This document shows positions 1 to 41,541 of a stretch of DNA of 64,000 nucleotides, piece by piece. Both the position numbers and the translations under genes were made by a program. The notes below the pieces were generated by a model. That model saw only the letters and a list, made by a program, of their open reading frames with translations. It ran no database searches and had not been told where the DNA came from. Numbering within the stretch: the stretch's first letter is position 1; every line of letters starts with the position of its first letter. The DNA is from Amoebidium appalachense (taxonomy: Eukaryota > Protista > Ichthyosporea), in NCBI GenBank assembly GCA_963693365.1, contig CAVNZM010000013.1, positions 7,330,713 to 7,394,712 on the forward strand, given 5' to 3'.

Positions 1-313
1 CCCCCCCTCCCTCCCTTTTCTCCCTCCCTCCCTCCCCCCCCCCCCCCCCCCCCCCCCCCGTCCCCCCCGCCGCCGCCCATCTCCCTCGGCACACCGTCAC
101 ATCCTCTATAAGTGTCATCCAATAATCCGGTGTTGAAGTTCTTCATCCGAGGCTCTGCCGACCCTTGCGCTGTTTTTTTTTTTTTGCTTGTAATGAAAAT
201 TCCTTAACTCCCTTGACAAGTATTTGAATTTTTGTGAAAATAATTGGTCTTTTGCTCATTCTTCCAGATTCCAATGATTCGGTACACAGCCCGCTAGGTC
301 TAGACGACTATGT

Positions 314-16088
<15,775 letters not shown>

Positions 16089-16408
16089 CAATGGTCTTAA
16101 TATCATCTGAGCTGTAGAATGGGGGGGGGGAGGAGGGGGGATGGATGGGCTCATGGACATGTACACAGGGGGGTGGTGTGTGTGTGTGTGGGGGGTGGGG
16201 GGTGGGGGGGAGGGGAGGGGGGAGGGAGGGCGGGGGGATGAGTAGGCTCATGTACATGTACACATAGGGGGATAGGGTGGGGTGGGGTGATAGGAGCGGA
16301 GGGGGCGGGATGGGGTACCGGTGGGTGGGGGACGGGGGGAGGTGGGGGGAGGGGGTTTGTTTGCTTGAGGATTTGCTAGTCTTGCAGGAGGCAACAGCAC
16401 GAAGGAAG

Positions 16409-16479
<71 letters not shown>

Positions 16480-18540
16480 ACGGCGTGTATGTGTGACGTG
16501 TGTCTGTGTGTGTGTGTGTCACGAAGCGCTCGCGCCAGCACCAGCGTTGCGTGACCGACAGGTAATACATGAGTGCGAGTGTAGTGCGTGCACACCTGTT
16601 TTCGTACGTACTAGTATACGCGTGTTTTGGTGAACGAAGGTGGGTGGGTGCACATGGTCATGAATTCGAATGTCCATGGTTTCGTGTGTGGTGTCCGGGG
16701 GGAAGGGGGGAGGGAGGGGGAAGGAGGGGGGGAGGGGCCCGGGGAGGGGGGAGGGGTTGTTGTTGAAGTGATCAATAACCAGGCACATGTGTGCCCCAAA
16801 TTGTTCCTGATGATAATGCGTTTGTGCGTGGCGAGTGTCCTATACAGACTATTATTATTATAGAGTCCCCGTGTCCTCCCTCCCCCCCCCCCCCCCCCTC
16901 CCCCGAGGCTCCCCCCCCCCCCCCCCCACTAATTGGCCTCTCTTGTGTGGGCTTAGTAAGCTTGTAGTGGTAATATCCCCCCCCCCCCCCCCCCCTCCCC
17001 CTCCTCCCCCTCCTCCTCCTCCCCCCTCCCCCCCGGGGACCCCCCCGGAGGCTCCCTCGCTCCTCCGGCTTCCTCCTGGTGTGTGAGTGTCGCTACCATC
17101 CAGTGCGCCCCGATGGCATGGCGTGTGCTCTCCGGCTAGCAGCGCAGAGTTGAGCTCGAGAGCTCCTGCACAGGACCTACAGTTCTACTCTCCGAGCCCA
17201 TCGTGACACTCACGAGTACCATATCGTTCCCCCTCCAGTCATCGATAGCCCCGCGGCTGTGGGCCGTGCTCGAGCTCGAGCTCTCGGGCAGCAAGTTTCG
17301 ACATTAGCAAGTGAGTCCATGGTACGCGTAGAGCGCCGTGTTCCTGTTGCGCTGTGCTCCCGTCGCATTGCTCTGATAAATGTATGAATCGTGATTGGCC
17401 GTAAGAGGGAGATTAGCCAATCAAGCCTTAGGGTGGTAAGAGCAGCCAATCACATCTGACTGCTTTTAAAAGCTGCAAACATAGCCTGAAAAAACGACTG
17501 AGTCTGTAGGCATGCTGCGGCACATTAGCATATACATAATGCCTAAATACACGATTGTATTGCTGCCCCAACCGCTGTCATTACCTTCTTCAACTCCTAA
17601 AATATAAATCTGAAGAAAAACGAGCAGAGTACTGCGCAACAGCGTATAACTACAAGTCACTCCCTTTAGACGCGGTTTATGCAGCTATTTTCCGGATAGT
17701 TTGTCTGGCAGCATCAATCTGTAAGACTATCAGTACACTAGGGGAGCCACTTTCGACAAGACCAATGCACCCCTATCCGTGCAGATCTATCCGTTCTACT
17801 GTCTGTCGACTGTCACAAACAGCCGGGCAACCTGAAAAACAATGAGACGCTTTCGCACTAGGCAGTATCATACTTTCTATTCATCACCAAGTCTGTAATA
17901 TTTCGTGCACGCGTTCAGTAGAGTACAAGCATGAGGGCCATATTAGATGTACCTTGTGTAAAATTCCACTGCAAACTCCCAATGTTTAGATCATGTTCAT
18001 TGAGTCCAACGCATGGGTTGTCGTTATCCGCATTCTCCGATCTGCCTGCCACCCATCCTGCCTGCCACCCATCCATCCTCTAGTGGTCTTTTTGAAACAC
18101 TGCTTGTTACTCAGTTCAGCTACGCACAGCACATCTTGTCAGTATATGCGACCTTTCTAAATCTGGTGCGCCATTACATGGCATAGTATTACAGACTGAT
18201 TTCTAAGCACCACGATCACTTCCTTTGTTTGCATCTCTCTCCTCACAATTGCACCGTCATTGACAATTTAGTCGCAGACAGGTGACAAACCTTTGTTGTT
18301 CCGTAGCGAAAGGGACAAAAAACAACCTTCATCCCCATAAAATCAGCTCAAAAGTTCATAAAATATATATTGCATATACGCAAGAGTAGACATCTACCGG
18401 GCACTTGTTACAACCTAATACTATCTATCCCATTGGGTGCATATCAATCAGAGCCCAACTACCGTACCGGATAATACACCACAACAGCCGTATATGTTTT
18501 GTGTTTCTGCAACTGTCGCATTGAAGTGCATGGTTTGAAA

Positions 18541-26975
<8,435 letters not shown>

Positions 26976-27621
26976 ATTTTCATGCCGCAGGATATGAATT
27001 TCACGTTCCTGTATATCTACTGGAACTCTACTGAATCTACACGCTGCGGGATATATGATAAAGAAAGCTGGGTCCGCAGAGACTTAATTAGTCAGAGGCA
27101 GGTTATTTCGGTGGTATCACGAAGACTATAGTAAGTTAGATATGTATTTTGCGGGTGAATTCCAAAGCTGGGTCCGGAGGGACTTCACTTAATCAGATAT
27201 TTAGTATGGTTAAGGTATGATAGCAGCGATGTGTAAAAGATGTACTTTAAATGCGAAACTATCACCGTGAGTCTGAGGCCTGGAAGTTGGGAGAGCTGGT
27301 GAAATAGGGAGATATCCCACCAAATTAATGGGATCATTCTTGGATCATTCTTAGACACATGCACAGACAGTTTACGATTTGCATAGATAATTGCGGATGT
27401 TTAAAAAGAGATGCAACTTACTATGATAATAGGTTTTGTTTATCATGGTGTTTTTTTTTAAGGAATGTAGCTTGCACACTTTAATACCAAACTTTGAAAC
27501 GATTAACTTACTTGGCAAATGAGCTACATAGTATACTGTGTTTACTGCACCCCATAGTAGCCACAATAAATTACTGAAACCGAGTCCAGTGAAACCCCTC
27601 CCCTCCCCCCCTCCCTCCCCC

Positions 27622-27652
<31 letters not shown>

Positions 27653-27670
27653 AAAAAAAAAAAAAACACG

Positions 27671-27804
<134 letters not shown>

Positions 27805-27823
27805 GTCACACACACACACACAC

Positions 27824-27920
<97 letters not shown>

Positions 27921-27922
27921 GT

Positions 27923-27953
<31 letters not shown>

Positions 27954-28510
27954 CAAAAAAAAAAAAAAGGCTTTTTGATTTCTTCGAATATGCGAGACAT
28001 CATTTATCGTCTATTAGTATGCACATAACCCTTGAAACCGTCTGTAATCATATTATGGGCGAGGCCCAGAATGAGTGAACGGGGGCAAACCGTTTCAAAT
28101 TGCCCGTCACAGTACTACAAATAAAAGCATGCCATCTGTCACCCATGGCGATGGCATGCTCAGGCCGGGTGTCCCATGATGACTCACACGTGTTCATTTC
28201 CCCATCGATCGGTCATCGTGCAGTGAACATATCAATATGTACATATGCAATCACCTACGTGCACACATACACATGTGCACACACAAAAATGCACAAACGC
28301 ACCATCTGCCCTAGGCCTGTGACATGCACACGCACACGTAGGGCCCCCTTTCGTAAAAACGATTAACACGCACATCTACACGCACACGTACACACGCCGT
28401 GGATCCGCGGGGACACACGCACATACACGCACCCTGATCATCACGCACACACGCACACATGCACACGCACATGCACACACACACGCACGCACGCACGCAC
28501 ACGCGCGCGT

Positions 28511-28541
<31 letters not shown>

Positions 28542-29341
28542 TGCCACACGCACACACGCAATGTGCACACATGCACACAGTGTGGTCACGGGCCAGGTGC
28601 TTAAGAACCAGTGCTCGAACTCGGCGGCCCACGCAACCAGCACTGGCTGCAGGACGGCCGATGATGCTCAGTCTCTGCCGCACAACTTTAAGTGACTTGG
28701 CGTAATTTGATTGGCTCTTCGGTTTAGGTTTATCCATATGCGTTTAGCATTGTGGACATATGATTGGCTATCGTAATAGTAGAATCTGGCCTGGCTGAGT
28801 CTTGGGCGCCGCGCCGGTCGGGGTGGCACCGAATGCTCCATCGCGCTGCTTCAATGTTTTTACAAGTTTTGACATGTATCAAAACGTATATACGCAATTT
28901 TATAAATGTTATTTTATTTCTAGGTACACAGCTCCTTTTGACATCTTATAATATCTTTATTAATAAAGGAGAGCTCACAAACACAGTCAAAGATTATCGT
29001 ATTGCTAAGATAATCAATTTTATAAGTTTGTTGGTAGCGTTCATCTGATTGGTTGCAAAATACCAATGCTGACCAATGCTCATTGGCCGACCAGTCTAAT
29101 CGAGTCTACCTACACTCTTGCTAGGGGAGTCTTACAAATAAATTACCGAACTCCTAACAGATGATTGAATATGCCACAAATTCTCTTAGCTAGCTGTTAC
29201 CTATACCAGGATGACACAAAACTTTTTTTAAAGCCATAAAAAATATTTTCAAGGATTTTAAGGTTTTTAAATTCCATAGTGGCACAGGTGTCATTTGAAT
29301 ACCGAAAACACGGTTCTCTCCGCCCCAAGTTGGACCACACA

Positions 29342-29574
29342 TTTTACCTCTTTCCCTACGGGTGTCTGCTACACTAGCTGGCAATGTGAACACTTTAGAC
29401 TTTTTGTTGAATTCTGTTGGTCGTCACATTGAGTATTTATATGATTTTCACACAGTGTTCAGGTATCTCAGTATGCACTTGTTATTGGATAACTCGTGAA
29501 GTTTTTATTGTCTTCTCATATGCCGTGCATACTTGCATATCTTTCCGTCGAATAATTCCAGTCAAAAGAAAAAA
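29342..29574 (+). mobile_element. 5'-truncated LINE 3' end (ORF tail, short 3' UTR, oligo-A)
   Basis: Near-identical to the reverse complement of ~50195-50429; ends TCCAGTCAAAAGAAAAAA. Confidence 0.92.
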
Positions 29575-29889
29575 TTTAACACGCCCCCTGGTTGGGGGTT
29601 TCCAAGCGCATTCCACCAGAGATGCCAACCTGAAGGTGGTTCCCCTACTTCTAGCCGTAAAGCGAGGGGAAAATAGAGAAATGACCGGCCATTAAACCAT
29701 ATTTACTAAAGGCAACATAAGAAGCATCAATTATAAACCGACACATCCGGTTACTCCAAGGAGTTTTTATGGAGTTATGGTTCAATCTTCCAACACATTC
29801 GAGAGTGGGATGACCAGGCACCTGGATGCCATCCTGATGGGTAGCAAATCAAATCACGCCAACACTCGGATGTGCCTCACCAGGGCTCA

Positions 29890-29926
29890 TATAAAAGCGG
29901 CTCAGTCGCGCAAATTCTTGTCAGTC
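29890..29926 (+). promoter_or_regulatory. TATA box (TATAAAAG, 29890) and initiator-like TCAGTC (29921)
   Basis: Spacing of ~31-33 bp is canonical; lies ~85 nt upstream of ATG 30006, which has A at -3. Confidence 0.6.
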
Positions 29927-30005
29927 GACAAAGTTTGAAAACGCAACAAAACTTCTGCAAAACCAAAAAGCCTTCTTGTTCCTTCTTTTCACCAACACAG
30001 AGAAA

Positions 30006-30293
30006 ATGTCTCTTCCCCTCGCTACAGGTGTTCTTGGCTCCGTTACCAAGGCGGCTGCATCGCGTGCTGTAGCCTCTGCGGCCACCCAGGCAACCATGGC
30101 TCTAGGCACGACGGCAGCACGAAAAGTTGTACAGAAAAACATGGCCCCGACACATGGTCTGACGCCAGAGATGGTCGCTACGGCACTCGGAATGGGCGCG
30201 GATGCTTCCTCCCACGGTGCTGCTTCGCCGTTGAAGAGCGGGCCGGCGACATACAGTGCATATCTGGAGCTTCACTTCCAGCACTGCAAGTAG
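30006..30293 (+). CDS. Intronless 95-aa Ala-rich orphan protein
   Basis: MSLPLATGVLGSVTKAAASRAVASAA...YLELHFQHCK*. Non-repetitive, coding-like composition, with upstream TATA/Inr. No family recognised. Confidence 0.6.
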   Translation: MSLPLATGVLGSVTKAAASRAVASAATQATMALGTTAARKVVQKNMAPTHGLTPEMVATALGMGADASSHGAASPLKSGPATYSAYLELHFQHCK

Positions 30294-31482
30294 ACGAAAA
30301 CTTTTAACGGAAAATCGGGGAAAATCCGAGTCCGAACGGTGGATATATGGTGGAAACATGGAATGGAAATGGTCGTTGAAACGACGCAAATGGATAAGGT
30401 TACTATAAGCTATATTTATGACTGTTTAATGATAGGGGCAGGCGAAAGTTTGCATAGATTTGGTGGAGTGGGAGACGCGCGCTGCCCTTTAATGGCATGG
30501 TAGAATTATTATTATGGCGCTGATGTGTGCACTGGATAAAAATATTGAGAAGCCTGAAATACTGTTTGTATTAAGGCATCACTGTGTGTGAGATACACAT
30601 ATATAGATAGCTCTACTACATGTAATGGCATAACCCGAATGAAGGCAGCACAAGATTTACAGCTGGAGAGACACACTTTTAACAATGATTGTGTGTATGT
30701 AAACTACAGCAACCATGAATGAAGATCCAGAAATTTTGCAAAATGTGTAAAAGAATAACAAAAGGGAACAATAAGCGGTATACCCTGCTCCGTAGGGTAT
30801 ATGCGCGGGTAAATAGGAAGCACGGGGCTCTGAGCGCTCCAGAGATAATTGTAAACTACAGTTAATAAATCATGCATCATCATGTATAAACCAGTTAATG
30901 ATGAACCTCTAAGAGATGTGTGGCCGTGCCACTTGACCACAGCTACCGTTTGCACAGCAATTGTCTGCACTTTGTTTTTCGGACGTCTGAATCTTCGTGT
31001 GTAGTTGCCTTCCATTGTGTGTGCGTGTGCGTGTCTGTGTGTGTGTGTGTATGTGTGTGGGTGTGTGCTTTGTGCGCTGTCTGTGTACACAGTCTGTATG
31101 CTACGGCCGGTGCATGTGTGTGCGTGTGGATGCCACGTTTTGTGTCTGGGTGGGTGGGTGTGGACGTCTGGGGTGTCTGAAAATAGAGCTAAGTCAAAGA
31201 TCCCTAAATGGGTTTCATCGAATCCAGCATTTATGGCGGCAGGGAGCCATTGCAGGGAAAGGGGAGGCCACGGTAGCTTGTAATCATAACTTTGAAGAGA
31301 GATGCAAGGCGCTGGAAAAGAATGGCACATGACCTCAGTGGGATGAGAACGATGGAGCAGAAGGGGTGGTGGTGGCGGTGATGGGTGGGGGGGGGGAGGG
31401 GTGGGTGGGTAATCGTAATGAAGTTATCCAATTGGCTGGATGCCGGTGACGACGGTTTGCACGATGGTGGCGGTGTGTGTGA

Positions 31483-31574
<92 letters not shown>

Positions 31575-31717
31575 TGTAGAGGGGAAATAGAAGGGAAATA
31601 GATGACAGAGAGTGATAAATAATAATAATCGGGCTGGTTGACCATATATTTATAGATTATACCGTGTACAAGCAGTGTAATAAGAACCAGTGAGCTTACA
31701 AGGGTGCTCTGCCAACG

Positions 31718-31790
<73 letters not shown>

Positions 31791-32563
31791 GGGGGCGTGT
31801 TGGTGCAATGGTAAGATCTCTGCGTGTCAAGCTCCGAATCGCAGGATCGATCCTGGCACGTACTGACGGTGCCTGGGCTGCTATGAACTTGCCGTTCGCC
31901 TCATCTATTTTTCCTTACACTCTCGCGACCGCGTGCATGCTTTCTCTCGCGGCGGCTCTACGGTCCCGAGAGTCCAGTGTTCGCTGTGTGGGTAAGGAAA
32001 AATACGAGTCACCTCAGTAGGTGACAGGGATCGATCCTGGTTACTTCCGATTTTTGTCTGCTCGACGGACCACCGGTCTGGCCGCCCCCTTGAAGCCATC
32101 ACCCCGGACCACGTCAAGCATTTGTTATCATCCGGCCGTAAGACATGACGTCATGAACAGCACCGGCCCTCTGACGTCGACGGCGCCCCGCTTGGGCATC
32201 CCTTCAGAGGGCCGTGGCATCCCAGCCCAACATTCAAGTGGGAGACCAATCCAAGTCACCGGCCACGGTTCGGGTCAGCGTCCTGGACATGGGGTTTTCC
32301 CTTTTAAGTCTTTATGTTTGTGTATGTGTCCCGGGTCGCTCCCGGCTGGTGTTGTTAAAGTGAGCTGTGCTAACTTCCCCACTAGCGTTGCTGCGGCTAG
32401 AACCGTGGGATAAAGGCGTAACTAAAAATAGTGCCAGTTGGGGTCAATTAGAATCCTGACTTATGAGTGTGCTATACAGTACGATCTGTGTCTAGGCGGA
32501 AGACGGTAAGCTCCCCTGAGGCAGTGCCTCGCTGGGAGTGAAACGGGATAAATAAATAAAAAA
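31791..32563 (+). mobile_element. tRNA-derived SINE-like element, ~770 bp, inserted in a (GT)n tract
   Basis: Head has A-box TGGTGCAATGG, B-box-like GGATCGATCC, acceptor-stem remnant GCGTGT/GCACGT and a degenerate anticodon arm. Structured body, 3' stem-loop at 32511-32538, tail ATAAATAAATAAAAAA. (GT)n on both sides. Confidence 0.72.
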
Positions 32564-32564
32564 T

Positions 32565-32655
<91 letters not shown>

Positions 32656-32844
32656 ACGCACAGGCGTGTTTGTGAGTATGCACGTATTGTAAGTGTGTGA
32701 GTGTGGGGTGGGGCGGGGCCGGGGGCGAGGGGGGGGCAGGGAGGAGGGGGGGGGCAAGGAGGGGGGGGGAGAGGGTGTTTGTGTGTGTGTGTGGGGGGGG
32801 GGGGGGGGGGGGGGGGGGAGGGGGGGGGGGGGAGGGGGGAGCGG

Positions 32845-33027
32845 GGAAGAAAAGAAGGTGGGGAACGGGCTGCAAGCACATTAAATTTGAAGAGGTAAAA
32901 GTTCTGAAAGTGGAAGTGTACTCACAGGGTTCAATGGAAGAAAAGAAGGTGGGGAACGGGCTGCAAGCACATTAAATTTCAAGAGGTAAAAGTTCTAAAA
33001 GTGGAAGTGTACTCACAGGGTTCAATG
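32845..33027. repeat. Tandem duplication, 91-bp period; each unit contains a 56-nt GT-AG intron-like segment on the minus strand
   Basis: Units at 32845 and 32936 with 2 substitutions. Minus strand reads GTGAGT...TTTAAT...TTGCAG (32925-32870 and 33016-32961). Confidence 0.88.
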
Positions 33028-33162
33028 AAACAAGCTTTTTCTTTCTTCTCCTTTCCTTTCAAACACCCTCCCCCCCCCCCCCCCCCCCCCCGCCTCCACC
33101 CCTCACCCCCAACCCCTACCAACACGTTTACCCATCCACACACACACACACACACATAAACA

Positions 33163-33202
<40 letters not shown>

Positions 33203-33210
33203 CACACACA

Positions 33211-33254
<44 letters not shown>

Positions 33255-33345
33255 GACAGACACACACACACACACACACACACACACCACAATTCGGAAT
33301 GCCCTGCGGCATTTCGTTTGAGCATAACATCCCCCCACCAATTCC

Positions 33346-33404
<59 letters not shown>

Positions 33405-34628
33405 ACCCTCCCCCACCCCAACACCACAAACACCAACACTACCACCACCACCACGGTGACCACCACTGCCGCCGGCTACCACTGTGATCACCAAGGTTAC
33501 CAATATTGCCATAGCATTGTTTTCATCGCAATCTTCCTTTGCAACCTTTCGATGAAGCTTGATAACTTCTGATGCCTTGCAGTACCGATGGCAAAATCCT
33601 GCTTATAATAAACTTATAAAACAACTAAAGTAGGAAAATTGTGCAATCTCGAAGGGGCAAAAAAAAAAAAAAAAAAAAAAAAAGGCATGAACCACTGAAT
33701 TCGTGCGCAATCTGGCCTAATTAGCCGGCCGTATATATAGAATCTTGGGCGGGAAGTCTTGGCGCGCAATAAGAAAAGTTTTTTTTTTACACACCTAAAA
33801 AGGAAAAAGTAGGAATATCCGGAAGGACGGAATATAATGCTCGTATGTTTGAGTTTTATTCCATGCACACACAAGCAAGAGGCAATGCGCCACAAGGAAT
33901 GCCCGAAAAGCAGTGCTCCAATAAAATAAAAAGAATCTTTAACAGAATGATCATACGAAACAGCGGATTTGCTTCTGGCTTATTCCGCACGTGATGAAAA
34001 AATGAAAAGATTCAAATGCTTTGCGGATATACCGTGGCTTTGGTTGGCAAACGGGTATTGTGGTCAACAAAGCACACATCAAGGTAAGGATTTATGGGTA
34101 TTTTTTATTGAGGATGTCATAAATCATCGAGGTTGGGAACTAATCGTATCACATCATTCTATTTGTCGACATTCGGATATAGCGTCTCACCCAGTCCTTC
34201 AAACCACACGTGATTTCAAACAATAATTGGTCTATCACCAACCAGCAAAGTCCTTTAACATTATATATCAAGTTGAATTTCATAGGCACGTGTTGTTTGG
34301 GTGCGCTTGGCTGCACATGTTGAAATAAAAATAGCTTTCAGTGTGAATAATGTAGCTTCAATACCAAAAATCAACCGTGCTAAGCCTGCCAAACTACCCC
34401 CCCCCCCCCCCCCCCCTGGGGCCCAAAAAAAAAAAAAAAGCCAACGGTGAGTGTGCACTTTCAACTAAACATACGGTCACATGCACGTACGTCATATGAC
34501 GTAAATGGACACAAACACAAACAGGTATCAGCTAATTACGGTCTTGAGCAGCAAAAGGTAAGGCTGTGAAATACAAGAATCATATGACTATCCACCTGTA
34601 TTTCACGGGCACATAACCCCGACTGGGT

Positions 34629-39618
<4,990 letters not shown>

Positions 39619-40838
39619 CTTTCAAGTTCAACTTCAGCAGTTATAACGCCCCGCGAGTAGACAAAAAGAAACAGAAACCCCTAGCCTGAAGACTTGGCTG
39701 ATTGTTTCGGCGAGACCGTCAAAGAAAGATAGCCAAAAGAGAACGTCACAATTCGGCTGTGAAGCTTTGGCTAACCACCCATGTAGGTTTAATTTAAGGT
39801 GCCTTAAAGCCACGAGGGGAAAATGGAAAAGTCGGGGTGCTGTGACAATGGATTGATTCGAATTGGTACACTGAAGTGTTAGAAGTGACACAATGCTCTG
39901 GTGTGCATGGGAGGCCCATCAGCATGACATACATAGCACGTGATATGTAATGCCTTGTGACAGGCATGTATTTACAGCTCTCTGTGTTTCGCCGCCCAAG
40001 ATTTGGGCAGGTACGTCATGCAGTTGCAAGCTCGAGCTCGTGTAAAGTGTCGGTTGCAATATTCCTACTTTTTCTTGAAAATCCATAAAAATCCGGTTCA
40101 AGCTTGTGAGGGCGTCAGCGGAGCTGCGTTCTTGTGGTTTACGAGTGAGCTGCCTGAGTGATGAATAACATAGAAATAGCGTGAGCCGGAACGTATCTAC
40201 ACGGAGTTCGAAACGTGAACAATCACCAGCTGTCACCGGCCTAAAAATAGCCTTTGGCCAAGGTTATTATGCCACTGGCATGCTCGCCGGCTCCTGATGG
40301 CCACGCTCGAAGACGTATGTACATTCATACGTACAAATAAGAAAGTGATTTCTAGGCCAATAAGGCCTTGAACAGCATATATTACTGTAATAGTAACTCA
40401 TCAATTTAAGCTTCTGCAGTGCCCACGCTTCTTATGCATGGGCGTGTACACATGTATGGCCCATCGGATCTACTGAACATGGAAACGTCATTTGATTGGT
40501 TGCGAAAGCACCTCTTGGAAACCACGGGCCATTCAGTTGCCACTGCTGTAAAAGAAACGGTGGATTGAAGCATATTAAGAATTTACAAGTGCTTTTATTT
40601 TTTTGAAACGGAAAAAGTGAAGATCAAACTCTAGCTGGCACATGGGAGCCGAACGTCATGGCGGCCGCCAAGTAACTGCCAACGTGTAAGTTCGTTCCGT
40701 TCTGGTTCGTTTCTCCCCAGATCAATAGATCAAAGGAATGCGAACCAGAAATGCAAATTTACATAAATCCCAGATAAGAGAAGAAAAAATTTCACACTTT
40801 TATTTTCAACTATCATATTATCATCGCAAGTTTTCAAA

Positions 40839-40998
40839 TTCTGTTGATCGTCACATTGAGTATTTATATGATTTTCACACAGTGTTCAGGTATCTCAGTA
40901 TGCACTTGTTACTGGATAACTCGTGAAGTTTTTATTGTCTTCTCAGTATGCCGTGCATACTTGCATATCTTTCCGTCGAATAAATCCAGTCAAAAGAA
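40839..40998 (+). mobile_element. 5'-truncated LINE 3' end with 11-bp TSD AAGTTTTCAAA
   Basis: TSD at 40828-40838 and 40999-41009; same family as 50191-52005. Confidence 0.93.
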
Positions 40999-41024
40999 AA
41001 GTTTTCAAAGCTTGACACAAGCTC

Positions 41025-41247
41025 CGGGTATCTGCTACACTAGCTGGCAATGTGAACACTTTAGACTTTTTGTTGAATTCTGTTGGTCGTCACATTGAGT
41101 ATTTATATGATTTTCACACAGTGTTCAGGTATCTCAGTATGCACTTGTTACTGGATAACTCGTGAAGTTTTTATTGTCTTCTCAGTATGCCGTGCATACT
41201 TGCATATCTTTCCGTCGAATAAATCCAGTCAAAAGAAAAAAAAAAAA
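41025..41247 (+). mobile_element. 5'-truncated LINE 3' end with poly(A) and probable TSD AAGCT
   Basis: AAGCT at 41019-41023 and 41248-41252. Confidence 0.93.
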
Positions 41248-41330
41248 AAGCTTGTGACCCGGAGGCGGCTAGGCGGCACACGAATTTGTTTTTTTGAAAT
41301 TATCCAGACAAATAAAAAACGATGTAAACC

Positions 41331-41541
41331 TTTTTCTTTTGACTGGATTTATTCGAGATATGCAAGTATGCACGGCATACTGAGAAGACAATATATATAT
41401 AAAAACTTCACGAGTTATCCAATAACAAGTGCATACTGAGATACCTGAACGCTGTGTGAAAATCATATAAATACTCAATGTGACGACCAACAGAATTCAA
41501 CAAAAAGTCTAAGTAGTCACATTGCCAGCCAGTGTAGCAGA
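41331..41541 (-). mobile_element. Inverted 5'-truncated LINE 3' end
   Basis: Reverse-complement copy with a small deletion and a TA expansion; tail-to-tail with 41025-41247. Confidence 0.92.

Noticed and set aside
31791-31862. Functional tRNA gene
   Set aside because: D and anticodon stems do not pair properly and it continues into a long body with an A-rich tail, so it is a SINE-like head.
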